This document shows, one piece after another, positions 51,574-59,218 of a DNA stretch of 64,000 nucleotides. Location of the stretch: IMG/VR virus record IMGVR_UViG_3300029590_000324. The stretch is one strand, 5' to 3'. Position 1 is the first letter of the stretch, and every line of letters begins with the position of its first letter. The notes under the pieces were generated by a model that saw nothing but the letters and a program-made list of their open reading frames with translations, was not told where the DNA came from and searched no databases. The position numbers were made by a program, and so were the translations under genes. This DNA is from a virus. Its lineage: Duplodnaviria > Heunggongvirae > Uroviricota > Caudoviricetes.

Positions 51574-52190
51574 TATTCATCTCTCCTTATCCAATCCTCG
51601 ACACGCTTGTCGTTATCGGGATCAATGTAATATTTGTAAGCCAATTGTCTTGGAAATCCGTCTGAATCTGGCTGCCACATCAAATATTCCCACCAGGCGG
51701 GTTCGCCATCATCATTGAGGCAGCTCCACGATGGATACTCAAACATGTCTCTGTAAATGCCGCTGTGGTCGTCAAATACATAGATTTTGTCTTCTCCGGT
51801 CAGCTCAACCAGAACCTTGTCAATACGAACTCTTTTGGCCAGTCTGCAAAGCCACTTGTTAAACTCAGCAAAAGTTGTGTCAAACGTTCGGTCACGGAGT
51901 GCTCCATCAATTACGATGATATATTTGCTCTGTGTTTTGAGCCAACCGTATTTTTGGCTGTGAGCACCGTAAGAATCGACCAACTGATTTGAATGGTTCT
52001 CAAATTCATCGACCGACCTGCTGCAATCGTGCCCGTTGGCTTGAATAAGATATACGTTCATATCTTCCTCGGAACCTGTGACCAATGGCAGATGATCGAG
52101 AACTGTGCGGAGAATATATTCTTTCTCCGCCTGAGTTCTGCCGATCGCATCGACCGTGATGGTGCCGTTAATATATGTCCACATACTCAT
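51573..52190 (-). CDS. Hypothetical protein
   Basis: 205 aa (MSMWTYINGTI...VTGSE...GALRDR). Confidence 0.7.
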   Translation of the reverse strand: MSMWTYINGTITVDAIGRTQAEKEYILRTVLDHLPLVTGSEEDMNVYLIQANGHDCSRSVDEFENHSNQLVDSYGAHSQKYGWLKTQSKYIIVIDGALRDRTFDTTFAEFNKWLCRLAKRVRIDKVLVELTGEDKIYVFDDHSGIYRDMFEYPSWSCLNDDGEPAWWEYLMWQPDSDGFPRQLAYKYYIDPDNDKRVEDWIRRDE

Positions 52191-52195
52191 TTAAA

Positions 52196-52738
52196 TTACC
52201 TTGACCTTTCTATAATCTCTGTCAATGTTCTTGGCGTGTAGTCCATATGCGGCATCATACAGCCAACATTGTAACATTCGTATGAGAAGCCACGCTGTTT
52301 TATCATGGCCTTGTAATCATCGAATGGACGGGTATCACGACCGGCGTGAATGTGACCGTATAGATGAATCGTGCCGTAGTCACAATTTCTCCAATGTGCG
52401 ATGGGATAGTGGCAAAGTACAACGTGTTTTCCATTGTCTTTGATTTCGGCATAATCCTTGGTCCATATGAAGTATTTTTTCATATCGGAATTAATTCTGT
52501 CGTGGTTTCCTAATACTAAGAATTTGTTGCCGTTCAATGCTCCGAGGACTTCGGGAGCTTCGTTGTTGTTCCAGAACATATCTCCTAGAATATAAACATC
52601 GTCAGTTGACCCAACGGCATTGTTCCAGTTACTGATGATGATTTCTTGCATTTCCTGCAAATCTTTGAATGGTCGCTCGTCGAATTTAATCGCTTTCTCG
52701 TGACCCAGATGAAGGTCACTGATATAAAACTTACTCAT
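52196..52738 (-). CDS. Calcineurin-like phosphoesterase
   Basis: ISDLHLGH, ILGD, LGNHD, LCHYP, LYGHIH, NVG. Confidence 0.9.
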   Translation of the reverse strand: MSKFYISDLHLGHEKAIKFDERPFKDLQEMQEIIISNWNNAVGSTDDVYILGDMFWNNNEAPEVLGALNGNKFLVLGNHDRINSDMKKYFIWTKDYAEIKDNGKHVVLCHYPIAHWRNCDYGTIHLYGHIHAGRDTRPFDDYKAMIKQRGFSYECYNVGCMMPHMDYTPRTLTEIIERSR

Positions 52739-52919
52739 TTGTTATGCCCTCTTTTAAATATATATTATCTGTCTGCTGTAATGCTTCGAGTTTACGTATA
52801 AGCTCTTGATAGGGGAGAGCCTCGTTTTCTTCGTGGCAGTAGTAGGAAATAGCAGCCATACAACCATAAATGAGTGTTTCGATTTCAGCGGACGTGAGAG
52901 TGATGGTTATTTTGTTCAT
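52731..52919 (-). CDS. Small hypothetical protein
   Basis: 62 aa with AAGGAG RBS. Confidence 0.55.
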   Translation of the reverse strand: MNKITITLTSAEIETLIYGCMAAISYYCHEENEALPYQELIRKLEALQQTDNIYLKEGITNE

Positions 52920-52948
52920 GGTTAATTACTCCTTTATATATAGTATAG

Positions 52949-53266
52949 TTAGTGGCGCTTCTGGAATGAAATAGCGGTCGGAAAATCGATTTTTTTGAAG
53001 CCAATAGGTTCAACATAGTATGCCTTGCGATTGCCGGCAATATCAAACACAATAACATCGCTTACCGAGAGAGAACGGGCGTGATAATCATTCGGATGGT
53101 GTATATTGAGAGCCTCGTAGAGCGCTTCAAGCGTTCGACTGTTGACATCGCCCGAGATTTCTCCTTCGTAAACTGGAATATAATCAGCAGGTGAGAATTC
53201 GGTTTCATCATAAGGCATGAAACAATAGGGAATCGTTACTGGGCATTGGAATATAGTGTATATCAT
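52949..53266 (-). CDS. YodL-like domain protein
   Basis: VYEGEI...LEALYEALNIHHPNDYHARSLSVSDVI...YYVEPIGF. Confidence 0.8.
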   Translation of the reverse strand: MIYTIFQCPVTIPYCFMPYDETEFSPADYIPVYEGEISGDVNSRTLEALYEALNIHHPNDYHARSLSVSDVIVFDIAGNRKAYYVEPIGFKKIDFPTAISFQKRH

Positions 53267-53359
53267 TGCTAACCCTTTCTAATATTGCATAGCAGGAATT
53301 TTGAGCCCCGCCAATGCGGAGTGTGTGACGTTGTGTTTCGTGTTAATCGTACCCCGGGG

Positions 53360-54160
53360 TTACTCGGCATCGAGCTTAAGGGCATCAAGCAGCTTTTCGA
53401 GCATCGCTTCGACGCTTTCTGTTTGAGGGAGAGCTCTGGTTGCCGTGCCAGCAACAACGTTTCCCATGTCTTGGTACATGACGGACAGATGATCACGAGT
53501 GTGTCCGGAATAGTGGAGCGTTGTGAGCATTGAGTCGTGGTTGAGCATTTCCTGCAGTGAAGCCATTACGTGGGGATCATCATAATGCTGGACAATTATC
53601 CAATATGCGAACGTCTTGCGAAGTGAACGAACGTTGAGACTGAAGTTGCATGAGAGCTGAGGGGCAAGCGCTTCCTTTGCTCTGACCAGGAGACGACGAA
53701 GAGAGTTAGTTTCAAGAGGCTTGTTTTCGTCAGATGAGGCTCTGAAGAGATAGTCATCGGGGTGAACTACGGAAAGACTGCTCAAATATTCAGCTATTGC
53801 TGCTTTGGCTTCGGCATTGATGATTGGGTGGTTCATCTTGTGAGTTTTAGATTCGAAAGTTGATATCTCATCAGCAACGAACCCGTCGTTGGTTACTACA
53901 TCACGAACTTGCAGGCGGAGTAAGTCTTTACCTCTTATACCGATTGAAATGCCAAGGACAAAGAGTGCATAGTTACGGAGGGAGTGCTCGTGAAAGTAGT
54001 TCTTGAAAAGCTGAATGTCTGAGAGCTCTCGGAATGGGTCTCCCGGTGTTGCTTTGCGCTTTCCTCGGGCCGTGTAATTAGAGGGGACAGGTTTCGGACG
54101 ACGATCTATGTTGATGATGTTGGCGAGTGGGACTACGGGTGAATTGGCTATTGCGTACAT
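53360..54160 (-). CDS. Tyrosine recombinase/integrase family protein
   Basis: GIRGKDLL (R), ESKTHK (K), VRSLRKTF, MLNH, TLHY; the first catalytic His position reads R. Confidence 0.88.
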   Translation of the reverse strand: MYAIANSPVVPLANIINIDRRPKPVPSNYTARGKRKATPGDPFRELSDIQLFKNYFHEHSLRNYALFVLGISIGIRGKDLLRLQVRDVVTNDGFVADEISTFESKTHKMNHPIINAEAKAAIAEYLSSLSVVHPDDYLFRASSDENKPLETNSLRRLLVRAKEALAPQLSCNFSLNVRSLRKTFAYWIIVQHYDDPHVMASLQEMLNHDSMLTTLHYSGHTRDHLSVMYQDMGNVVAGTATRALPQTESVEAMLEKLLDALKLDAE

Positions 54161-54196
54161 ATTGGTCAATCCTTTCTAATATGTTTTGATACTCTA

Positions 54197-54225
54197 ATTA
54201 TAGGCTTTTTTACTGGATTTGTCAA
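54197..54225 (-). promoter_or_regulatory. Consensus SigA promoter for the recombinase operon
   Basis: TTGACA (54225-54220), 17 bp, TATAAT (54202-54197). Confidence 0.85.
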
Positions 54226-54549
54226 GCATTTTTGGATATTGCAAGGGATTTTTTGCGTTTTGTGCAATGTGACGAAGTTCTTTGAGTGTGAATTTATTGT
54301 AGAATGTGACAAGGAATGTGGGGAGAGTTTGTGGATTGTAACGAAAGAGGTGTGAGCTGTTGGACGTAAAAAGAGGGACAAAATGAGATTTGCGGATCGG
54401 AGCTGGTTGAGTGCGATTGGGCGGGATTTTTGAGTGGAGTCGGGGCCGTGCGGAGCGGTTTGATGGGGCGGTTTGTGAGGGGTGATGAGCAAAAAGTGAC
54501 TACGGAGAAAAGTGAATTTTTAACCGAAAATTTCTTGTAAAATACACCC

Positions 54550-54582
54550 CGTTGTCCCTCTTTTTCGAGTAGAGGGACAACG
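54550..54582. repeat. Perfect 12-bp inverted repeat at the strand switch
   Basis: CGTTGTCCCTCT-N9-AGAGGGACAACG. Confidence 0.85.
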
Positions 54583-54618
54583 TAGGCAAGCCAAAAACGG
54601 GAATTTTGCAGTTGTCTA

Positions 54619-54647
54619 TTGACATATTGGATATTATGAGATATATT
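54619..54647 (+). promoter_or_regulatory. SigA promoter starting the plus-strand arm
   Basis: TTGACA (54619-54624), 17 bp, TATATT (54642-54647). Confidence 0.75.
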
Positions 54648-54653
54648 ATAGCT

Positions 54654-55167
54654 ACAGTCAAGGGAACGACAACAAAGAAAAAGACAATAAAGCTCTTGAC
54701 CGTTGGCTTATCTTTTAGCCAGTCCGCAAGGAAATAATCAAAAGAGGTACCGCAAGCCATAGCCACGGAGTTGACAGCTAACTAAAAGTTGCATGGTATG
54801 CAAGCCCCTATACGCTTGCAAGGTGTAGGCACTCACGCCTAAAATCTACAGCGCAGACCGCAAGAGAGGAAGGAAAAGTCGGTCAATGTGGTTTAATCAT
54901 GCTGAAAAATAAGTATGAACGTTGTAGTCTCTGTTACTCCGCAGAGTCCCTTCGCCAAAAGTCGGGAAAATGGTGCATAAGAGTGTAGGCACGCCTGCTA
55001 TAGGTCTGCTGTAATTAGTATAATTTTGGCATAAGCATAGTTCTATGAAACGATATGCTTTATTAGAAAACAGTCCGCTATAGCGTGATGTTTGAGTGTT
55101 TTAACGCCGTATATGCCCCAAAAGTAACATGGCGCTTTTGGTGACATAAGCAAGCCAATTACATAGC
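54654..55167 (+). ncRNA. Candidate large structured RNA / 5' leader (~510 nt)
   Basis: No plus-strand ORF >=60 aa; many nested helices and a GCAA-capped hairpin (details in findings). Confidence 0.5.
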
Positions 55168-55198
55168 AAAAAACCGCCCACACCAAAAGTGTAGGCGG
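55168..55198 (-). terminator. Rho-independent terminator of the antisense transcript
   Basis: CCGCCTACAC-TTTTG-GTGTGGGCGG-TTTTTT; fully paired only on the minus strand (U.G versus C.A). Confidence 0.8.
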
Positions 55199-55225
55199 AC
55201 TCCCTACAGAAGGGAGGTGTTTGTT

Positions 55226-55336
55226 ATGGATGAGTATTCCTCATATAGTTACGTCACTTCCGACAGTGACGTAACCGAATATGTCAGCGATGAAGAGGCG
55301 TGGGATTATCCCAACGACCCCGTATTCGCTGACTAA
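55226..55336 (+). CDS. 36-aa highly acidic peptide
   Basis: GGGAGGT RBS; MDEYSSYSYVTSDSDVTEYVSDEEAWDYPNDPVFAD (11 D/E, no K/R/H). Confidence 0.55.
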   Translation: MDEYSSYSYVTSDSDVTEYVSDEEAWDYPNDPVFAD

Positions 55337-55350
55337 ACTATACAACACTT

Positions 55351-55379
55351 AGTATAGCACACTCTTTGGCTCTTGTCAA
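55351..55379 (-). promoter_or_regulatory. Antisense SigA promoter
   Basis: TTGACA (55379-55374), 17 bp, TG-n-TATACT (55356-55351). Confidence 0.8.
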
Positions 55380-55550
55380 GGGGTGTTGCTGTACATCTGT
55401 AAATTTTAGCATATCCAATAGGGTATGAGTATGCCACAACGTCTTGCGACACCGTGGGTATTCGTACCTTATAAGACGTGCTAAACGTCAAAATAATTGG
55501 GTAAAAACGCCCTATAAGCATACCTTGCAAAAGCAAGGGGAAGGAATTTT

Positions 55551-56150
55551 ATGACATACACATCTACAAACGCAATTCTCACCGCAATTCTTACTGCGCC
55601 TGTTTCTATCAAACCAAAGAACGGCACTCCCTACACTACCACTGTAGGCGAGGACGGCATTAAGCACCTGCCCAAGCCTTCCGATATCGCCGATGACGCC
55701 GCTGTCAAGGCATTCAAGGCAATAGGCAACGCCTACGACTTCATTGTCAAGTCACGGACTGCCCCTATGGGTTCTGATACCGCCGTGCAGAACGACATCA
55801 AAGCAGAGGACTGTATCAAGGAATACCTCTCCTCTCTCAAACTGCCCACAACGCCCGACTGTATCAAGGCTATTTATGCCATTGACGCTCTCAAAGCATC
55901 AAAAGTCAAGGGTACAGACAGTTATGTGCCTACCTCTACAGGTAGGGCAACGTTCCAGAAAAACGTACTCAAAGTGACGTGCCTTGCGGTTGAGCTTGGC
56001 TCTTGGAACCTTGAAAAAGTAACCAAATCTACAGCCAAGGCATCGACATTCGATGAGCTTGAGCAGGTATATATAGTCAATTTTGGCTTTACTCCCGAAG
56101 TAGCGAGGGAGCTTGTAGCCAAAGCAAGAGCTGCCAAGGCATCCTTTTAA
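55551..56150 (+). CDS. Hypothetical early protein
   Basis: 199 aa, GGAAGGA RBS, Ala/Thr/Lys-rich. Confidence 0.75.
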   Translation: MTYTSTNAILTAILTAPVSIKPKNGTPYTTTVGEDGIKHLPKPSDIADDAAVKAFKAIGNAYDFIVKSRTAPMGSDTAVQNDIKAEDCIKEYLSSLKLPTTPDCIKAIYAIDALKASKVKGTDSYVPTSTGRATFQKNVLKVTCLAVELGSWNLEKVTKSTAKASTFDELEQVYIVNFGFTPEVARELVAKARAAKASF

Positions 56151-56389
56151 ATGTGAGTAGGTGATACTATGCCCAAATATCACCGTCCTCAACGACGGGC
56201 ACAGGTCGTCCTGTTGGGGTCAACGACCTAAAATAAATGGCTCCGACCCAATACCTCTGCGGATATAAGCCCGACAGAAGGTAATTTCTTGGGCAAGGTT
56301 ACACTGCCCTTCACCACCAGACCTACGCAACAGTGTAGGTTGGTTATCGACCAGCTCATGTCACTAAACCGAGCAGAAAGGAAACTACT

Positions 56390-56773
56390 ATGGAAGCTAT
56401 AGAAGCTATTTATAAGAGAAGACCATATCAGATGGAGGTAACATTCTGCAAGTTCGCCAATATTGGCGGACGCACAAGAGTTGTGCCTGAACATGGAAGT
56501 GTTCTCAAGGGAATCCCAGTGTTCACTGACGACAAGGGTAGCTACGTCTATATGGTAGATTCGTACTACCGTAATGACGCCGGTTATTTTGAAGCATTCT
56601 CTGAATACAGGCAGTTCGCCGACCTCGGCGATATAATGTATCGAGAAGTGGGGAAGGAGTGGAAAACCTACGACCTCGACATCGTAGATGAGACTATTCA
56701 TCATACGCTGTCCAAATATACCTGTGCCGTTTCAAACGGTACAATTTCCATCATAAGAAAGGTGAGTGAGTAA
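56390..56773 (+). CDS. Hypothetical protein
   Basis: 127 aa, GAAAGGA RBS. Confidence 0.7.
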   Translation: MEAIEAIYKRRPYQMEVTFCKFANIGGRTRVVPEHGSVLKGIPVFTDDKGSYVYMVDSYYRNDAGYFEAFSEYRQFADLGDIMYREVGKEWKTYDLDIVDETIHHTLSKYTCAVSNGTISIIRKVSE

Positions 56774-56774
56774 T

Positions 56775-56957
56775 ATGTCTAATCTTACACTCAATCTCTT
56801 TGCGCTGGGTTGCAAGTCACGGAGCGATATCATTCTCCGCCGTGATGAATGCGACAGCAATATCGCCTTCATCAAATATAACGGTCATACTTACATGACC
56901 GATTGGAAACGGTTTGCTGTTGAAAATTTTGAGTGTCCTCTGACACTCATCGTCTAA
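56775..56957 (+). CDS. Small hypothetical protein
   Basis: AAGGTGAG RBS, MSNLTLNLF... Confidence 0.55.
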   Translation: MSNLTLNLFALGCKSRSDIILRRDECDSNIAFIKYNGHTYMTDWKRFAVENFECPLTLIV

Positions 56958-57300
56958 TTGCCAAGCAATATTAGAAAGTAAGTGTTTCCAATGCGCTACT
57001 AAGGGTCCAAGTGCCAGCGACCGGAAATAGGCGGCACGAACTTGACATCCGACAGCTCTGTACGTAGGATGTACGATTCGCACTTGGTAACTGCGAACCG
57101 ATAATCCCACGGTGGACTTTGGAGGTAGTTATGTCAGTAATTGTAGAAGCAGTTTCGGGAACTGCCTGAACAAAACCCGAAATCAACGAAAGGACGTGAT
57201 ACCAATGCTTTAGTCTGAGCAGCTTAGTGGGGTGCTGCTTTATCAATCACCCCACCCCAAGCAGGTAACTGCAAAATACATATTTGAAAGGAGTATTCAA

Positions 57301-57564
57301 ATGAATACAAAAATCCATCTTTACACAACTGCCGAGGCTCTTGCCTCACTTATCAATCTTATGATCGACGGCGATAATATGATCGATTCAGTCGAGTCAA
57401 TTGCAAAACTGTTTTCTGATATTACAGATGACGGTGATGTTATTGAGCTTCTCGAAAACCAGGGTTTCAAGTTCGCCCTTTACCATACTACGGGTGTCCG
57501 TTACTGGTTCCGTCTTTGTGAGCTGTCCGACTCCATTGACGAGGAGGTGAACCGCAATGCGTAA
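57301..57564 (+). CDS. Acidic hypothetical protein
   Basis: AAGGAG RBS; 87 aa. Confidence 0.65.
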   Translation: MNTKIHLYTTAEALASLINLMIDGDNMIDSVESIAKLFSDITDDGDVIELLENQGFKFALYHTTGVRYWFRLCELSDSIDEEVNRNA

Positions 57565-57826
57565 ACAAATGCGTAAACACCATTATGCCCCCGCAGAATG
57601 GCATATAATTTCCATTGCCGTTATTGCGGCAACAGCAATTCTTATTTCCATCATGTCCCCGTGGGAAAAAGACATGACAGGAATAGTAGTGTTCCCCGCA
57701 CTGTTCTGCGGAATAATCATGAGGTGCGTATGCGACTGGGTTTTCGTTGTGAAGACAGTCATTTTCACAACTGTAAAATACGGTTGCGAACACATATTAA
57801 AAAGGACGGTGAAGTACATTGGCTGA
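57557..57826 (+). CDS. Small 2-TM membrane protein
   Basis: Two hydrophobic helices; GGAGGTG RBS. Confidence 0.6.
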   Translation: MRKQMRKHHYAPAEWHIISIAVIAATAILISIMSPWEKDMTGIVVFPALFCGIIMRCVCDWVFVVKTVIFTTVKYGCEHILKRTVKYIG

Positions 57827-57995
57827 ATACTACAAGCAGGAATTGGCGATGCTAACAAAACAGCTCGCCGACCTTAGTGCTGACCTTATAACCGCAAATA
57901 GCAAATACGAAGCTGCTCTAATTAGAGACGCCATATCAACCGTCAAGGCGGAGATATCTCTTTGCAAGTGTGATCTTGCAAGAGAAACCGCATAA
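57819..57995 (+). CDS. 58-aa helical protein
   Basis: TTG start overlapping the previous stop; LAEYYKQELAMLTKQLADLS...ARETA. Confidence 0.5.
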   Translation: MAEYYKQELAMLTKQLADLSADLITANSKYEAALIRDAISTVKAEISLCKCDLARETA

Positions 57996-58024
57996 GCCAA
58001 AACATATTAGAAAGGAAAATTATT

Positions 58025-58606
58025 ATGGAAAAGACAAACAACAACTTCAATTTCTTTACCTCTCACGAAGCCGCCGAGTATCTCGGCATTACCTATTATC
58101 AGCTGAAAGAGCTTGTCCGTAAGGGCAAACTTACCCCTGACTTTCGGGGCAATCGCAGGCGCCCCAATCTTTTTAGCGTTACAACCCTCAATGCTTATCG
58201 TGACGGCACAGAACGCAAAATCACGTTTCCCGAACCCGTAACCGCAAATCCCGAAAATCCCGAATACACCTCTCCGATAGACTGCCTTATCGCTATGAAC
58301 GAGGCAGCTGAGAAAGACAGTAATTTTAAGGCGTATATGGAAATGCGCCGGTTGTTTGAAGCAATGAATGAATCGGCGCTTCAGCACTTCTTTGCTCCAA
58401 TGCTGAAGAGGTTCAAGTACAGCTACATAACTGAAAATGTCAAGTCTGTCCAATCGCAGACTCTGACCTGCATTAACAAAGGCAAACTCAGAGGACTGGA
58501 TAAGTATAAACTTAACTTCAACGCTTTTCTCCAGCTGTTGAAGTTCTGTTCGGACAATAATTGTCCGACAAATTATAAAGATTTCCAGAAAGGAGATGTT
58601 CAGTAA
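58025..58606 (+). CDS. Protein with N-terminal excisionase/MerR-type HTH
   Basis: FTSHEAAEYLGITYYQLKELVRKGKL...RPNLF. Confidence 0.7.
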   Translation: MEKTNNNFNFFTSHEAAEYLGITYYQLKELVRKGKLTPDFRGNRRRPNLFSVTTLNAYRDGTERKITFPEPVTANPENPEYTSPIDCLIAMNEAAEKDSNFKAYMEMRRLFEAMNESALQHFFAPMLKRFKYSYITENVKSVQSQTLTCINKGKLRGLDKYKLNFNAFLQLLKFCSDNNCPTNYKDFQKGDVQ

Positions 58607-59103
58607 TGAAAACTGCAAAACTTATCATTGACGGCAATGAGATCGAAGTCCAGCTCACAGACGAGCAGGTGGAAGAGCTGACTGCATCCGAGAAAGTCAC
58701 AGGTTTTGAAAGAGCCGATAGTTATTTGTATATCGACTCCGAGGGCGACGTAGGGTTGGGTTATGACGAAGATGATATAAATTCCGATTGTCATTATGCG
58801 GTAGCAAACTACTACACCGATAACGCCCTTGCCCAATGGTGCCGCCGCAGCGACAATCTTACCCGCCGAATGAGGCGTTGGGCAGCGGAGCATAACCCCA
58901 AACCCATTTATTTGTATGACGCTGAACCCCAATGGTATCTCACTTGGAATATCAAAACTAAAACAGTTGAAGCATATTTCAACATTAACAGCATTGATTT
59001 TGGAAAGGCGTTTTTTAAAACCAGAGAACTTGCCGAAGCTGCAATCGAGGAATTCGGTGACGAAATAAAATGGCTCACCGAAAACAGACCCAAGTGGTTC
59101 TGA
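58606..59103 (+). CDS. Hypothetical phage protein (family shared with 48555-49058)
   Basis: YLYIDSEG...NYYTD...FFKTRELAEAAIEEF. Confidence 0.7.
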   Translation: MKTAKLIIDGNEIEVQLTDEQVEELTASEKVTGFERADSYLYIDSEGDVGLGYDEDDINSDCHYAVANYYTDNALAQWCRRSDNLTRRMRRWAAEHNPKPIYLYDAEPQWYLTWNIKTKTVEAYFNINSIDFGKAFFKTRELAEAAIEEFGDEIKWLTENRPKWF

Positions 59104-59117
59104 TAATCATACACAAC

Positions 59118-59175
59118 TTCAAACTATGAGCATAAGCCCATCAGCCTGTCTGGTGGGCTTTTCTGATAGCTTGAA
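59118..59175 (+). terminator. Long hairpin / terminator
   Basis: AAGCCCATCAG-loop-CTGGTGGGCTT-TT, nested in TTCAA..TTGAA. Confidence 0.55.
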
Positions 59176-59218
59176 CTATCAAATAATAAATTGCCGAAAG
59201 GCAGAAAGAGGTACTATT

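Larger units (their letters stand above)
55168..55345 (-). ncRNA. Candidate cis-antisense sRNA (~175 nt)
   Basis: Bounded by the promoter at 55379-55351 and the terminator at 55198-55168. Confidence 0.65.

Noticed and set aside
54166..54766. Minus-strand ORFs 54166-54492 and 54500-54766
   Set aside because: They overlap promoters, the skewed tract and the inverted repeat, and have no convincing RBS.
56200..56285. Pistol ribozyme
   Set aside because: A hairpin, A-rich linker and pseudoknot are present, but I could not find P2/P3 or the conserved catalytic-core nucleotides.
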